Part shown: positions 46,901 through 56,660 of the stretch, piece by piece | Position numbering within the stretch: position 1 is the stretch's first letter | Layout of the letters: each line of letters opens with the position of its first letter | Virus record (IMG/VR): IMGVR_UViG_3300031857_000191 | Location: 1 to 60,179 of that record | Length of the DNA stretch: 60,179 bases | Direction: 5' to 3' (one strand) | DNA from: a virus | Lineage: Duplodnaviria; Caudoviricetes | The notes under the pieces: model-generated | Told to the model about the DNA's origin: nothing | Databases searched by the model: none | What the model saw: the letters and a program-made list of their open reading frames with translations, nothing else | Made by a program: the position numbers and the translations under genes

Positions 46901-47296
46901 TAAACCAAATGATCTACTTACACCTAGTCCTTGCTTAACATCAAATTTTTCACTAGCGTTATTAAAATCTATATTACTACCATAGATACTATCAGAATTA
47001 CCTACTCCTGATCGTAAAGAAAATCCACTTGATCCACTATATAATGTACCTCCTTCTAAAATATATTTTTTAGCTAATTGATCACCTGTATATTTTCCAT
47101 CATTAACTAATTTTCCTGTTTTAGCATCATAAACTTTAGAGTTATAATTAACAAATGATGCCATTCTAACCCATGAATTTTTACCAGTAGTATATCTTAA
47201 AAAGTCAGATCCTCTAACTTCTGATGATATTAATTTTTCACGAGCTTTTAATTGAGCTGCTATTTTAGGTTTGAGAGTACTTTTAAATATAGACAT
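43934..47296 (-). CDS. Large baseplate hub-like tail protein
   Basis: GLRPMPGITGVTI, LREATIQF, VLLEWGWS, YDALLG.VKNFSW, IPFELEITLDGIGG, ITGINH..WTT; follows the LysM-like gene. Confidence 0.6.
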   Translation of the reverse strand: MSIFKSTLKPKIAAQLKAREKLISSEVRGSDFLRYTTGKNSWVRMASFVNYNSKVYDAKTGKLVNDGKYTGDQLAKKYILEGGTLYSGSSGFSLRSGVGNSDSIYGSNIDFNNASEKFDVKQGLGVSRSFGLRPMPGITGVTITNKSAYGSLREATIQFMAWDKHQLEELEILFMRTGYTVLLEWGWSQYIDHDVPTNLNDYPNIKEVTTFKIPTIDVFDARFNDDKIHTKIDSDIDKTNGNYDALLGYVKNFSWQLMPNGGFQCSTTLISRGEIIETLKASGNPNIILGSSYTPPSLSSSVPPKPVLSNFEKIFLNIIGKINESEWVKSYSFGGGNIQGELYISGSTTDDQKILRDQADAIYADIKTRLTKNVSAYIKGPWDNYIVDTTGGTGIDLDTQVIIKLSDGKTQGTGIEYISMNAFIAIINEFFIYKNKKNNKPAVSIAIPYNTPCLASIDSVSIDPTTCLIQNSQATFITDKTTGFSPVVYSQLDTTSLTLGATATPASISKFEFLAPGTTSVGLVGNIFVSMSKIIQLYRSLYGGPDGVDIIQLLQEVLDAVSLALGGINDFKLYTDRNFVQIIDAKYLENSSKNSKFKFDLIGLKSICRDVKINSRIFAEQSTMIAIGAGTAGSDTGNLGDIYSSTQTYFNRGLTDRIMSPTFDDPTAPATLTLGTTIISGSDVYYYNIFKNLESLSSYLNVNVLGKPTGGSGWMVTSVPQENEVINAGSLLKTMHYQLNGSDVDFKALIPFELEITLDGIGGLVIGQIFTIDKSILPRDYYNKNLGFIITGINHNLQNNDWTTTVRTQICLLDNDKITDKYIVDKTRLKSIISAARVDQAKNGYLLCAIADYMVNQYTYIISKYNSGRTGNKKPEFDFDLYKQFSLGINNFLNSGASATEKGNYIRQILDFLYDTASIEYYLRNWHAVALSRYGGTAPNFPADYNTFITPSGGGSSSSLYQTVSRLLLGQDSNGNIDAVNRGDNDITRLKDAYSKTYFGQVESFINIKTFTASTTIGSSSNQISKIDHIDNSKINTAILHVNTSMDDYQIANDGTDLSTYYLFPANSFDQLFLTFYNLLQANASNNYIPGLSIYGGPLLSGGVGTSTANFRVIRFEKPQ

Positions 47297-47304
47297 AACA
47301 CTTT

Positions 47305-47622
47305 TTAACTATTTAATTGTTCAAAATCACTTAATATCTGAGTTATATTACCTGGTATTCTAAGTTGAAAACCAAGTGTTGGATATAAAGAATCATTTGG
47401 TAGATCTGGGTTAGCTATTTGTATAATCCACCATAATGATGAATCACTATAGAATTGAAATGCTAAATTATCTAATCTATCTCCACGTATTGTACTTAAA
47501 AATACATCAGCATCAGATAATGGTATATCTGGGTAACGTGTGGATGAACGGTATCTAATAACCTTTGGGTATTGAACCGTTGGTTTAGTTTGAATTATTG
47601 GAATATTATCATAGCGATCCAT
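47305..47622 (-). CDS. LysM-like baseplate wedge protein (gp53/tail X-like)
   Basis: GDRLDNLAFQFY.DSSLWWII..AN...LRIP. Confidence 0.85.
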   Translation of the reverse strand: MDRYDNIPIIQTKPTVQYPKVIRYRSSTRYPDIPLSDADVFLSTIRGDRLDNLAFQFYSDSSLWWIIQIANPDLPNDSLYPTLGFQLRIPGNITQILSDFEQLNS

Positions 47623-47651
47623 GATAATAAATATGACCTTTATTAAGAATT

Positions 47652-49541
47652 TTAATCTAAGTACTTGTTAGATGCTGGAGTTAATAACTTTTTTGTATCT
47701 GGATCATATTTTTCTCCAGCTTGAGTAGGATATGCTTTTTTATCAAGTGTAACAAATGGTGCATTTGCAAATTTATCCTTTTGTACTTTTCTAGGTAAGA
47801 ATGTATGAATTGGTTTAAATGATAAATTAACAGTAATATGTTTAGGTACTTCATATTGTGTTTTATCAATAGGATTATTTTTATCTAATGATATTTCCCA
47901 ATTTGATTCTAACATTCCTGATAATTTAATATCAGTGAATATACCTGGTTGTCTATAAATGTAGTCACCAACTGTTAAGTAACCTATATTTCCTCTCATT
48001 TTATTAGATGCAGTATAGTCAGGAGCGAATGAAGACATTAAATAGTTTAATTTACTATAAATAGGTTTCATTTCTTCAGGTGAATGAGCATATAGTGTGA
48101 ATCCAACAGATATATCTCTTGTGAATCCATCATATACATAAAAATCTTCACCTCTACCCATGTAACGATATGAGTTCCATCTAGCATTCATTCCATCACT
48201 AAATTCATTTAAATATGCTCTAAATGCTAAAACATCTGTATTAATAGTATTATTTGCTATAGGAGTATCATTATTTAAAAATTCTATTCTAAATTTAATA
48301 ATATCACGACCAAAATATCCATCTACTTCTTTATCGCCTTTATTTAATAATTCTTTTGGTAGATTTGGATCATTATTTGGTTTTAATGAATTATCATAAA
48401 ATGTAGAACTATTAGTTACATTAATGACATTTATAGAATCAACTTTAGACTTGAATTTAATATTGTTAGGACCATACTTACTAGTTGAAGTACCTATTCT
48501 TGATTGAATATTTTTATTTCTGTATGATGAATGATTAAAAATATCAAAATCATTATCTGCTATATTATTATTTAACTCATCAATTGCTTTTTGTCTAGCA
48601 TCTGCTTCAAGTTCTATTTCTGATGCTTTTCTATTTAAGCGATCAATTGTATTTCTATCTACATCACTTGTGTCAACTGTTTCTCCTGTAGATGGATCTA
48701 TTTCATTAGAAATATTACTACTAATAAAATTAGAAAGACCTCTATTAATAATAGCTTCATTTCTTAATCCTGATATTAGATTTTGTTGATCAGGTATGTA
48801 ACCAGAACTAGTTTTAGTTTTATAATCATCAAAATAATTTAATATACCGTTATATGATAAAGTAGATAAAGTTGGTTTATTAGTATGTAGTGTAGTGGTA
48901 GTAATAAATGTTTTACCAATACCATAAACTGAAGAAGCACCACCATTATATGAGTTTAATCCAATAACATTTGTATCACTAGCATCTATACTTTTTATTT
49001 TATCAAGGTAACCAACTAATCTATTTTTATTATTGTTATTATTGTCTATAGTTATGTTTTCATAATTATAACCTTTAATATTAGTTAAACTATCACCTTC
49101 TAAAAATCCAACACCACCAACTGGAAGAATACCATGACGAATAATATGACCTCCAAATGCGTTTAGAGGTACTTGAGCTAAAGTGTTTATACCTAAATTA
49201 TATAACTGAGTGTTGTTGTTACTTAGAGCTCTAAAATCTTCTGGTTGTTCTAATCTTGGGTTTGATTTTTGTAATCCAACTTGCTTAGCTATCCATACAA
49301 GACCTTTAGGTGATTTTAAAAAATTACCTACACGAGCTGTGTCTCTAAGTGATGCTAACCCAGCATTTACAACACCTCCTCTTACAAGACCATCATCAAA
49401 TGAAGTGAACTTAAGTCTTGGTTGTTCTGGTTTTTGAGTATAAGTAACATTATTAGGACTAGAAAAAGATCCATTACTATTAACAGAGTTATAGTATGGG
49501 GCTAAATTAGACCATGCACTATTTAAGTTTGAAAAGGGCAT
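47652..49541 (-). CDS. Baseplate/tail-tube initiator-like protein
   Basis: C-terminal FRAYL..FSD...W..Y.GR.E..Y.Y.GF.R.I...F and LTVGDY; position between tape measure and LysM genes. Confidence 0.6.
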   Translation of the reverse strand: MPFSNLNSAWSNLAPYYNSVNSNGSFSSPNNVTYTQKPEQPRLKFTSFDDGLVRGGVVNAGLASLRDTARVGNFLKSPKGLVWIAKQVGLQKSNPRLEQPEDFRALSNNNTQLYNLGINTLAQVPLNAFGGHIIRHGILPVGGVGFLEGDSLTNIKGYNYENITIDNNNNNKNRLVGYLDKIKSIDASDTNVIGLNSYNGGASSVYGIGKTFITTTTLHTNKPTLSTLSYNGILNYFDDYKTKTSSGYIPDQQNLISGLRNEAIINRGLSNFISSNISNEIDPSTGETVDTSDVDRNTIDRLNRKASEIELEADARQKAIDELNNNIADNDFDIFNHSSYRNKNIQSRIGTSTSKYGPNNIKFKSKVDSINVINVTNSSTFYDNSLKPNNDPNLPKELLNKGDKEVDGYFGRDIIKFRIEFLNNDTPIANNTINTDVLAFRAYLNEFSDGMNARWNSYRYMGRGEDFYVYDGFTRDISVGFTLYAHSPEEMKPIYSKLNYLMSSFAPDYTASNKMRGNIGYLTVGDYIYRQPGIFTDIKLSGMLESNWEISLDKNNPIDKTQYEVPKHITVNLSFKPIHTFLPRKVQKDKFANAPFVTLDKKAYPTQAGEKYDPDTKKLLTPASNKYLD

Positions 49542-50104
49542 TAGTATCTTCCTTCTTTAGGTCCTTTATTTTTATAGACATTACCTATTGGTAATCCGTT
49601 TCCGTCTAATTGAGACGCAGGTACAAATACTGTAAATCTTCCTTTACCATATTTTCTACCAGTTAATAAATCTTGAGATGATATTATTTTATTATTTTGG
49701 GCTCTTGCTTGAATATCTGAAGTAGACATTTGACTTACACTTTCAAAAGATGGTTGGGTTTTACCTTGTAAACCTAACCCACTAAGAGGTAATCTTTTTT
49801 CAAGTACAAATCCAGTACCTGTAGCTGAATTAAAAGTAGGACCAGAGTTAGTTGTACCTGAAATTCTAGTATATTCTTTAGGGGTAATACCACCTAAATC
49901 TAAACCAGAAGGTGCCACTTTAACTCTATTTGGAGCTTGACCATATGTTCTTCCAAGAGTCATATCTTGAGAAGAAACTATTTTATTATTTTTAGATAAG
50001 GCTTGAATATTTGATGAAGTACGTTGCCCTTCATTTTCAAAATTAGGTCCTGGTTGCCCTTTTAAACCTAATAAGCCTGTTTTTAATTTATCAAATAATG
50101 CCAT
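49541..50104 (-). CDS. Tail-module protein with an internal duplication
   Basis: LGLKGQPGPNFE...NNKIVSSQD..GRTYG is repeated as LGLQGKTQPSFE...NNKIISSQD..GRKYG. Confidence 0.6.
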   Translation of the reverse strand: MALFDKLKTGLLGLKGQPGPNFENEGQRTSSNIQALSKNNKIVSSQDMTLGRTYGQAPNRVKVAPSGLDLGGITPKEYTRISGTTNSGPTFNSATGTGFVLEKRLPLSGLGLQGKTQPSFESVSQMSTSDIQARAQNNKIISSQDLLTGRKYGKGRFTVFVPASQLDGNGLPIGNVYKNKGPKEGRY

Positions 50105-50129
50105 GATGTTATTGTTTTATATAAATATG

Positions 50130-52553
50130 TTAAGCAAATGAGTTATTAGCACCGTTTTGGCTAGAATATGTATTCCATTTACCAATGGTTTCATTAGTAA
50201 CATTTAATTCAATAGGTCTAATAGCCATTTGTTCTAATGCTTCTTGTGTTCGTTTTTGAGCTTCATCTCTAGCAGCTTTATTAGCTTCTTCTTTTTCTCT
50301 AGTGGCTTGCATTTCAGTTACTAAACTACTAACACCTCCAAGTAATCCACCAATAATAGCCCCAGCAGCTGTTCCAAGACCTGGTATGACAGAGCCCATA
50401 GCAGCTCCAGTTAAAGCACCAGAAGCAGCTCCTCCTACTGTGCTTACAGCTGTTTTGCCAGCTCCTGTATCCATATTTGAAGCAATAGCTGAAGTAGCTA
50501 ATCCAACACCCATACCAGCTAAACTTAATCCTAAACCACCACCAAATCCACCACCACCAGTTCCTGCTTTGTATTGTTTAAAAGCAGCAGCACGCTGAGC
50601 AGGAGTCATTCCTTTTCCAGCTACAGATGTTTGGAATTGATTCCAATTCATCATTCCGCCTCCTCCAAACGCACCTCCTCCCATTCCTCCAGCTAACATA
50701 GGTCTAGTCACCATTGGATTAGCATCAGTACCACGTTGGAATAGTAATCCTTTTAAACCACCAGCCATTAATCTAGTAGCACCTATCAATAATGGAGCTC
50801 CTAAAATAGCAGCTCCTAAAGCATTACCTAATCCTCCACCTGTCATTTTGCTAAAAGCACCAAGTATACCTTCAACTCCTTTTAAACCTTTTTCTATATA
50901 CTTGTATATAGTAGCCATTGGACCAGAAGCTATTTTTGATAAAATAGATGATATTTTTTCAAATGTATATTTTTGTAATTCAGCTAATGATTTTGCTTCA
51001 AGATCTTTCTTAACACTTTCTTCAATTGTTATACCTCTTTCTTTAGCTAATTTAAGTTGTTCAGTTGCTGTTTTTGAAGCATCTGCTCCTAATTTATTTT
51101 CAAACTCACGTTTACGAAGCATATCACCCATTTCTGAGGCTGACATTCCAAATGCTTCAGCGTATGCTTGTCTTTGAAGAACATTCATTCTTTCAAACTT
51201 ATGAATGTTGCCTACTTCCTCAGCTATAGCCGTGGTTAATTTAGCTGTATCACCACTTAAAGCAGCTGATCTGGCTTTTTCTAGGTTAATAGCTTTACCA
51301 GTTAATAATTCAGCTTTAAGTTCAGCTTCAATTGATTGTTCAAAATTAAGTAATGACTCACCAATTTTATCTACTTGTTCTAATGTTAATCCTAATCTAT
51401 CAGCTTGCATTACAGCTTTAGTTAGTTCACCAACATTACCTTTAAATTTAGTTAATATTTCACCACTAACTGAACTTACTTTTTGCAATATTTTTTGTTG
51501 ACTTAATGTACCACCAAATTGTGATTTTTGATTTACAGTTGTTTTAATAACTGTATTTAAAATATCATCATTTGTTTGTCCTATTTCTCTGGCTAGTACA
51601 GCTAAATGAGCATTTTGTTCTTCACTTATACCGTAGTAATGAGATAATTTTTCAGCTGTGATTGCTTCTTTATTAGTGAATGCAATTGATGTACCTAATG
51701 CTTCATTTAATTTATATCTACCTTCTAGTATTCTAGCTTCAGTAACAAAAGCATTTCTTTGTTCAGCAGCATATTGATAAGCACTCTCATATAAAGCTTG
51801 AGATTGCTCTTTACTTATATTTAATTGTTTACCTTGCTCAACTATTCTTTTATTAACACCACCATATAAATCAAAAAATTTCTTAATTAAACCTATTTGG
51901 GCTGTAAATAAAACTACAGGATCAGTTAATTTTTTACCAATCTGACTAAATGTAGTAGTTAAACCTGAGCCAAATGCTGCCCATTTATTACCTGTGTTAG
52001 CAGCTGTTTCATAAACATTTTCTAGTATTTTTTCAGTGTCAACTAATTTTCCTAATAATGGAATTTGAGATATACCTTCAAATATCTTACCTGTTAAACC
52101 AGCTGTTTTTTCAATTTGTTTAGCTCTAGTTAACTGAGCAGTTAATGTAGCTACTTGTTGTTTAGATGCTTCTAGAGCATCATTTCTCCATTGAGCTTCT
52201 TCTTTAGTTAAAGTACCAATTTCTTGCTCTAATAATTCAAATGTAGCAGCAGCTTTATTTTGCTCTTTTAATGCTTTAGCGATCTGAGTTTGAATAGTAT
52301 TTGATCTTAAAGCACCACGATTTAATGACTCTTGATTTTCTGCAATTGTGAAAACATCTTTAGCAGATGCTTTAAGTGTTTTGGCTAGATCTTTATAGTA
52401 ATCATTAGCAGTTTGTTCAACTTCCTTACCAATCTTCTGCTGTAATTTAAACTGCTCAGCTAAATTATTAGCAATTGAGTTAAGAGTATTATTAGTTATC
52501 TTTAACTCATCATTTAATTTATCTTGTAATTGTACTTCTTCTGGGGTAGCCAT
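50130..52553 (-). CDS. Tape measure protein
   Basis: Long helical Ala/Glu/Lys-rich protein with LLNFEQSIEAELKAELLTG and Gly-rich hydrophobic C-terminal repeats; follows the tube and chaperone genes. Confidence 0.8.
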   Translation of the reverse strand: MATPEEVQLQDKLNDELKITNNTLNSIANNLAEQFKLQQKIGKEVEQTANDYYKDLAKTLKASAKDVFTIAENQESLNRGALRSNTIQTQIAKALKEQNKAAATFELLEQEIGTLTKEEAQWRNDALEASKQQVATLTAQLTRAKQIEKTAGLTGKIFEGISQIPLLGKLVDTEKILENVYETAANTGNKWAAFGSGLTTTFSQIGKKLTDPVVLFTAQIGLIKKFFDLYGGVNKRIVEQGKQLNISKEQSQALYESAYQYAAEQRNAFVTEARILEGRYKLNEALGTSIAFTNKEAITAEKLSHYYGISEEQNAHLAVLAREIGQTNDDILNTVIKTTVNQKSQFGGTLSQQKILQKVSSVSGEILTKFKGNVGELTKAVMQADRLGLTLEQVDKIGESLLNFEQSIEAELKAELLTGKAINLEKARSAALSGDTAKLTTAIAEEVGNIHKFERMNVLQRQAYAEAFGMSASEMGDMLRKREFENKLGADASKTATEQLKLAKERGITIEESVKKDLEAKSLAELQKYTFEKISSILSKIASGPMATIYKYIEKGLKGVEGILGAFSKMTGGGLGNALGAAILGAPLLIGATRLMAGGLKGLLFQRGTDANPMVTRPMLAGGMGGGAFGGGGMMNWNQFQTSVAGKGMTPAQRAAAFKQYKAGTGGGGFGGGLGLSLAGMGVGLATSAIASNMDTGAGKTAVSTVGGAASGALTGAAMGSVIPGLGTAAGAIIGGLLGGVSSLVTEMQATREKEEANKAARDEAQKRTQEALEQMAIRPIELNVTNETIGKWNTYSSQNGANNSFA

Positions 52554-52588
52554 TTGTATACTTGCAGTTTATATCACGTATAAATATC

Positions 52589-52612
52589 AAAAGCGCCTAT
52601 TTTTTAGGCGCT
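52589..52612 (-). terminator. Possible terminator hairpin
   Basis: AGCGCCTA/TAGGCGCT stem followed by a short T run; overlaps the stop at 52597. Confidence 0.5.
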
Positions 52613-52896
52613 CTTGCGTTAAATGCGAAATCTGGTATTGGTGGACGTTCTTTAGTGGTTTTATTTGGTTGCGCCATTTCTGCGCCGCCACTCACATTGA
52701 ATCTTTTATCTATTTCTTCTTGTTGTTTTTCAATAAGTTCTGATAGTTTTTGTAAGTAATATTGTCTATATCTTATAGGCATATTATATACTTGATCATG
52801 AGTGAATCCACCTTGACTATGATAACAAAGTAAAAATACTTCGTCTAGTATTATTTTCTTATACTCCGGAGTCAGGCCAAAAAAAGCTAACCCCAA
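52597..52896 (-). CDS. Tail assembly chaperone C-terminal extension (probably expressed by frameshift)
   Basis: Only a TTG start; overlaps the upstream gene across a T7 run; GGFTHDQVYNMPIRYR motif. Confidence 0.65.
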   Translation of the reverse strand: MGLAFFGLTPEYKKIILDEVFLLCYHSQGGFTHDQVYNMPIRYRQYYLQKLSELIEKQQEEIDKRFNVSGGAEMAQPNKTTKERPPIPDFAFNARAPKK

Positions 52897-53626
52897 TTGG
52901 TAAATCGATGCCCTCCACTACATCGCCGTTAGATTTAACCGCGTTAACTTTCATGTCAACATCTGGCATTACTTTGTTAATCTGTTCGCGTAAAGCTTTT
53001 ACGTCTCTAGCTAACATATTTTCAGCAAATTCTCTAACCGCTGCTGTTTCTCTATCACCATTAACTGCTACAATAGTGTGTTTCAAACGAGTTGTAACAT
53101 CATATGAACCTTGAGCATTGATTTTTTCTAAACCTTTAATTTCTTTATCTATTTTTTGCTCATCACCATGTGTTAATAACTTGAATGTAACCATAGTTTT
53201 AGAGAATGGTAATTCAAAATTAAATTCATTTTTACCTGGTGTGAATAGACTTTCATCGATTTTCTTAGTATCTAATGTTGTTAAATCAACAGTAGCTTTT
53301 TCAGCTCTACCTGTATTAGGATCAACAAAGGTAAAATCATAATCTTTACCATATCCTAAAATACGTGCTGCTATCAAAATAGCGTTTTTATCACCATTTA
53401 ATAACATATTATAGTCTATACCTGTTGTCACAATCATTGATTGTAATAACTTATCAATAACTGTTCCTTGACGAATAAAGTTAGCATTAGATAGAATATC
53501 TTCTTCTTTTGCAGTCATGTACTTCATTTCAATAACACCTTTTGATAATGGTGATTCAGGAGGGTAAATTAAACCTTTAGAAGGTAAATCGATTTGTTCA
53601 GTAGGATACTTAAACTTTTGTTCCAT
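52859..53626 (-). CDS. Tail/baseplate-hub assembly chaperone (T4 gp26-like)
   Basis: Likely start MEQKFK; IDLPSKG..Y, MTAKEEDIL, GD..AIL..AR..GYG, ends FFWP; between tube and tape measure. Confidence 0.75.
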   Translation of the reverse strand: MEQKFKYPTEQIDLPSKGLIYPPESPLSKGVIEMKYMTAKEEDILSNANFIRQGTVIDKLLQSMIVTTGIDYNMLLNGDKNAILIAARILGYGKDYDFTFVDPNTGRAEKATVDLTTLDTKKIDESLFTPGKNEFNFELPFSKTMVTFKLLTHGDEQKIDKEIKGLEKINAQGSYDVTTRLKHTIVAVNGDRETAAVREFAENMLARDVKALREQINKVMPDVDMKVNAVKSNGDVVEGIDLPIGVSFFWPDSGV

Positions 53627-53666
53627 AACGTTTATATTGTTTTTATATATATAAATATACAAAGAT

Positions 53667-53693
53667 AAAAGAAGTCATCCTCTCGGATGACTT
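53667..53693 (-). terminator. Terminator after tail tube gene
   Basis: AAGTCATCC-GAGA-GGATGACTT followed by CTTTT. Confidence 0.75.
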
Positions 53694-53718
53694 TCTTATT
53701 AAATATATGGATGAACGA

Positions 53719-54204
53719 TTAGTAGTTCAGGATACAATAATCCATTGCTATTGTTAAGCTGATTGAAACATATGCTTCGTTAGCCCAATCGTATTCACCA
53801 AAGTTAGCTTCTTTAACAAAAGAACCTTTAACTATCCACTCACCAACTACATCACCAACAGGACCTAAAATGTCTAAACGTAAATCTTTTTTATAGAAAT
53901 CACTATAGCCATCACGTCCAGTTACTGATTCGTGAGCCAAACGAGCCCATTCCATTACAGCTTGAGCGCCACTTGGAGTTACAGGATCATAAAGTTCTAA
54001 AGTCATATCATTCCAACGAACTTTACCCTTAACTTTACGGTAAACGTTGATATGATCTAATACGATTTCACCAGCGTTGAAAGACGGAGTTGAAGCTTTT
54101 CTAATTAAATATGAAGGGATACCGTCAATATACATTAAAAAGCGATTCTGAACTTTTGGTTCAAAAGCGGTGAACATAATTTCGGTAGGATCTAATACTG
54201 CCAT
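53719..54204 (-). CDS. Tail tube protein (T4 gp19-like)
   Basis: FEPKVQNRF, KGKVRWND.TL.LYDP, YKKD, W..KG.F, LTIAMDY. Confidence 0.9.
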   Translation of the reverse strand: MAVLDPTEIMFTAFEPKVQNRFLMYIDGIPSYLIRKASTPSFNAGEIVLDHINVYRKVKGKVRWNDMTLELYDPVTPSGAQAVMEWARLAHESVTGRDGYSDFYKKDLRLDILGPVGDVVGEWIVKGSFVKEANFGEYDWANEAYVSISLTIAMDYCILNY

Positions 54205-54237
54205 TGTATTGTTATTTTATATAAATATTAATAGTTA

Positions 54238-54525
54238 TTATTTTTGCGCAACTGGATTTTCAACTGGTTTCTTTTCAGTTTCAGCGTCTGATTGCATTTT
54301 ATTTAAGTAACTCAATACCATTTTATAGTTTGGGTTACTATCAAGACCAGATAACTGAGAACCTTTTTTATTTTTTAGCCACATCATTAATGCTTCAATC
54401 ACTCTAGAGTAATCTTTTACATTAGTTACTGCTGATGCTATTTTTGTTAAAGAAGGGCCAACGCCAGCAACCGAAGTATCGGCTGCTGCGTCGTCCTTGA
54501 ATTCTTTTATTTTTTTATTTTCCAT
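54238..54525 (-). CDS. Hypothetical protein between sheath and tube
   Basis: 95-aa co-oriented ORF. Confidence 0.55.
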   Translation of the reverse strand: MENKKIKEFKDDAAADTSVAGVGPSLTKIASAVTNVKDYSRVIEALMMWLKNKKGSQLSGLDSNPNYKMVLSYLNKMQSDAETEKKPVENPVAQK

Positions 54526-54544
54526 TATTTAAATTATAATTTTA

Positions 54545-56314
54545 TTAACTTCCAAATTCTACACCAGTTGGTAAGATGTTGAAATCTAATAAGATAAATT
54601 CAGCTGTACGAGTTGGTTGTAAGTAAATTTGACCTACTAATTGATTTCTATCAATTACATCTGGAGTGTTATTTGTGTCATCCATTACTACTCTGAAAGC
54701 ATATAAACCTTGTCTTTGTTGTACACTTTCTAAGTATGGAGTAACTTGAGATAAGAATCTGTTTCTTGTTACAGTTGTGTTTTGTTCAAATACTAATGTC
54801 TTAGAAACATTACCAATGTAACGCTTAAGAGCAATTAATAATCTACGAACGTTAATTCTATCTAAAGCACTAGCTTTTTGTTGTAATGTCTTTTGACCAA
54901 ATGCTGTAACACCTACGTTAGGGAAAGTAGCGATTGGGTTAACTTTACCAGCATATAAATTATCACGATTTGTTGGAGATAATTTTCTTTCTGCTTGAAT
55001 AACACCACCTAAACCACCACGATTTAAACCAGCAGGAGCAAACCATTCAGCACTTACATTATCGTTGAAAGCATAAACACCAGCCATAATTGTTGAAGCA
55101 GGTACCCATACGTTTCTACCAGTTTCTTGAGATACAACTTGAACCCAAGGCCAATAAGCACCAGCATAGTTAGTATCTAAACCTTGTGCTTCAGTTACTG
55201 GAGTGTTAATAGTTGAACCATATGGAGTTAAATCCATAATATAGAAATGATCACCTCTTTCTTCAGCATTTGAAATATAATTTGTTTGAGCTGTAGCGTG
55301 ATCAGCTTGTTGTAAACCTGGAGTGATTAGTAATTCATAATCATAATCATCTTTGTTACTTAAAATGTTACTTGCAGTAGCATAGTTAGCAACTGGAACA
55401 CCTTGAGGAGCAGTAGCTGAGTTGTTTTGGAATAAACTGTTTCCAATAAATGGAATGTCATTACCAATAGCACCACTAAATGCACCACCAAATGAACCAC
55501 TACCAATTTGAGGTAATGAAGCTGAATAGCTTTGGTTATTTGAATCTGTAGCAACACCACCTACGTTATTAAAATATGATGGAGTATCTCTAACAGATTT
55601 AACTCTTACATAGCGGCTATTGTTTGGATAGCTACCAGATAATTGAATATAATATCCACCCATATCAACATCATAAGATACAGTTCTTGATTGATCACCA
55701 ATTACTGCGGCGATATAGTTAGGTTGTAATGGATCTAAAGATACATTAGAATAAGTTTCTAAAACAACTTTAGTATTTGTATTGTCATCACCACGACGAA
55801 CTAATACTGTGAAAGTACCTTGTTGTAAATTTACATTTGATACTTCCCACTTAACGTTATCTTGAGTTCCAGTAGCTAAAGCACCATTACTTAATAAAGA
55901 ACTAGTGTTGTTGTTCATTGTACCAACATTGATTGTTTCTAAAACAAACGATGCAGTAAATCCACTGTTACCTGGAATTCCACTTGTACTAGCAGTTGTA
56001 GCACAACTAGCTGTAGCAGCGGTGAATGAACCACTTGGTACTCTTGTTACTAAAATTGATTCACCACCTTGTAAAAAGTAGTTGTAAGCAGCAATGCTTG
56101 TTAAAAACTCATAATTAGCACCTCCGCTAATAAATGAACCACCAAATCTGTTTTTAAAGTCACTATATGAAGTAACTACAGTTGGGATATACGGTTGACC
56201 TTTAACAGTCGGACCTACTAATGCCAAACCCACAGTTGGAGGTAATTGGGTTATTTGAGATAAGTCATTCTCACGTGTTAGTACACCTGGAGAAATTAAT
56301 GTTTCTTGCGCCAT
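54545..56314 (-). CDS. Contractile tail sheath protein (T4 gp18-like)
   Basis: SPGVLTRE.D, VGPT.KG, YWPW, WFAPAG.NRG, VNPI, GQKTL, INVRRL, FEQN, AEFI. Confidence 0.95.
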   Translation of the reverse strand: MAQETLISPGVLTRENDLSQITQLPPTVGLALVGPTVKGQPYIPTVVTSYSDFKNRFGGSFISGGANYEFLTSIAAYNYFLQGGESILVTRVPSGSFTAATASCATTASTSGIPGNSGFTASFVLETINVGTMNNNTSSLLSNGALATGTQDNVKWEVSNVNLQQGTFTVLVRRGDDNTNTKVVLETYSNVSLDPLQPNYIAAVIGDQSRTVSYDVDMGGYYIQLSGSYPNNSRYVRVKSVRDTPSYFNNVGGVATDSNNQSYSASLPQIGSGSFGGAFSGAIGNDIPFIGNSLFQNNSATAPQGVPVANYATASNILSNKDDYDYELLITPGLQQADHATAQTNYISNAEERGDHFYIMDLTPYGSTINTPVTEAQGLDTNYAGAYWPWVQVVSQETGRNVWVPASTIMAGVYAFNDNVSAEWFAPAGLNRGGLGGVIQAERKLSPTNRDNLYAGKVNPIATFPNVGVTAFGQKTLQQKASALDRINVRRLLIALKRYIGNVSKTLVFEQNTTVTRNRFLSQVTPYLESVQQRQGLYAFRVVMDDTNNTPDVIDRNQLVGQIYLQPTRTAEFILLDFNILPTGVEFGS

Positions 56315-56360
56315 GTTTTGAATAGATTTTGTCTAATGATAAATATGTAAGATAATTTAT

Positions 56361-56400
56361 AAAACGAAGAAACCCCGGCAATTACTGCCGAGGTTCTCTT
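56361..56400 (-). terminator. Terminator upstream of sheath gene
   Basis: AACCTCGGCA-GTAAT-TGCCGGGGTT followed by TCTTCGTTTT. Confidence 0.7.
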
Positions 56401-56432
56401 CTATATTAACTCCTAACACCTAACAATACATA

Positions 56433-56660
56433 TTATGAATTTACTTCACCTGTTTCAAGATTAATAGAACCTTCACCATATTTATCTTGTAATTTTTTAG
56501 CTAAAACTAATTCAGCGTCGCTTAAATTTTTACGGTATTCAAGTAAACGAGATTTTTCAATCTCTAATTCACCTAATGATATAGCTAAATCGTTGTAACT
56601 AGCTTTAATCTTTTTAATTTCGTCTAACTCTTCAATAGTTAGTTTTTTAACTTCACTCAT
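56433..56660 (-). CDS. Small coiled-coil phage protein
   Basis: Coiled coil ending KYGEGSINLETGE. Confidence 0.65.
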   Translation of the reverse strand: MSEVKKLTIEELDEIKKIKASYNDLAISLGELEIEKSRLLEYRKNLSDAELVLAKKLQDKYGEGSINLETGEVNS

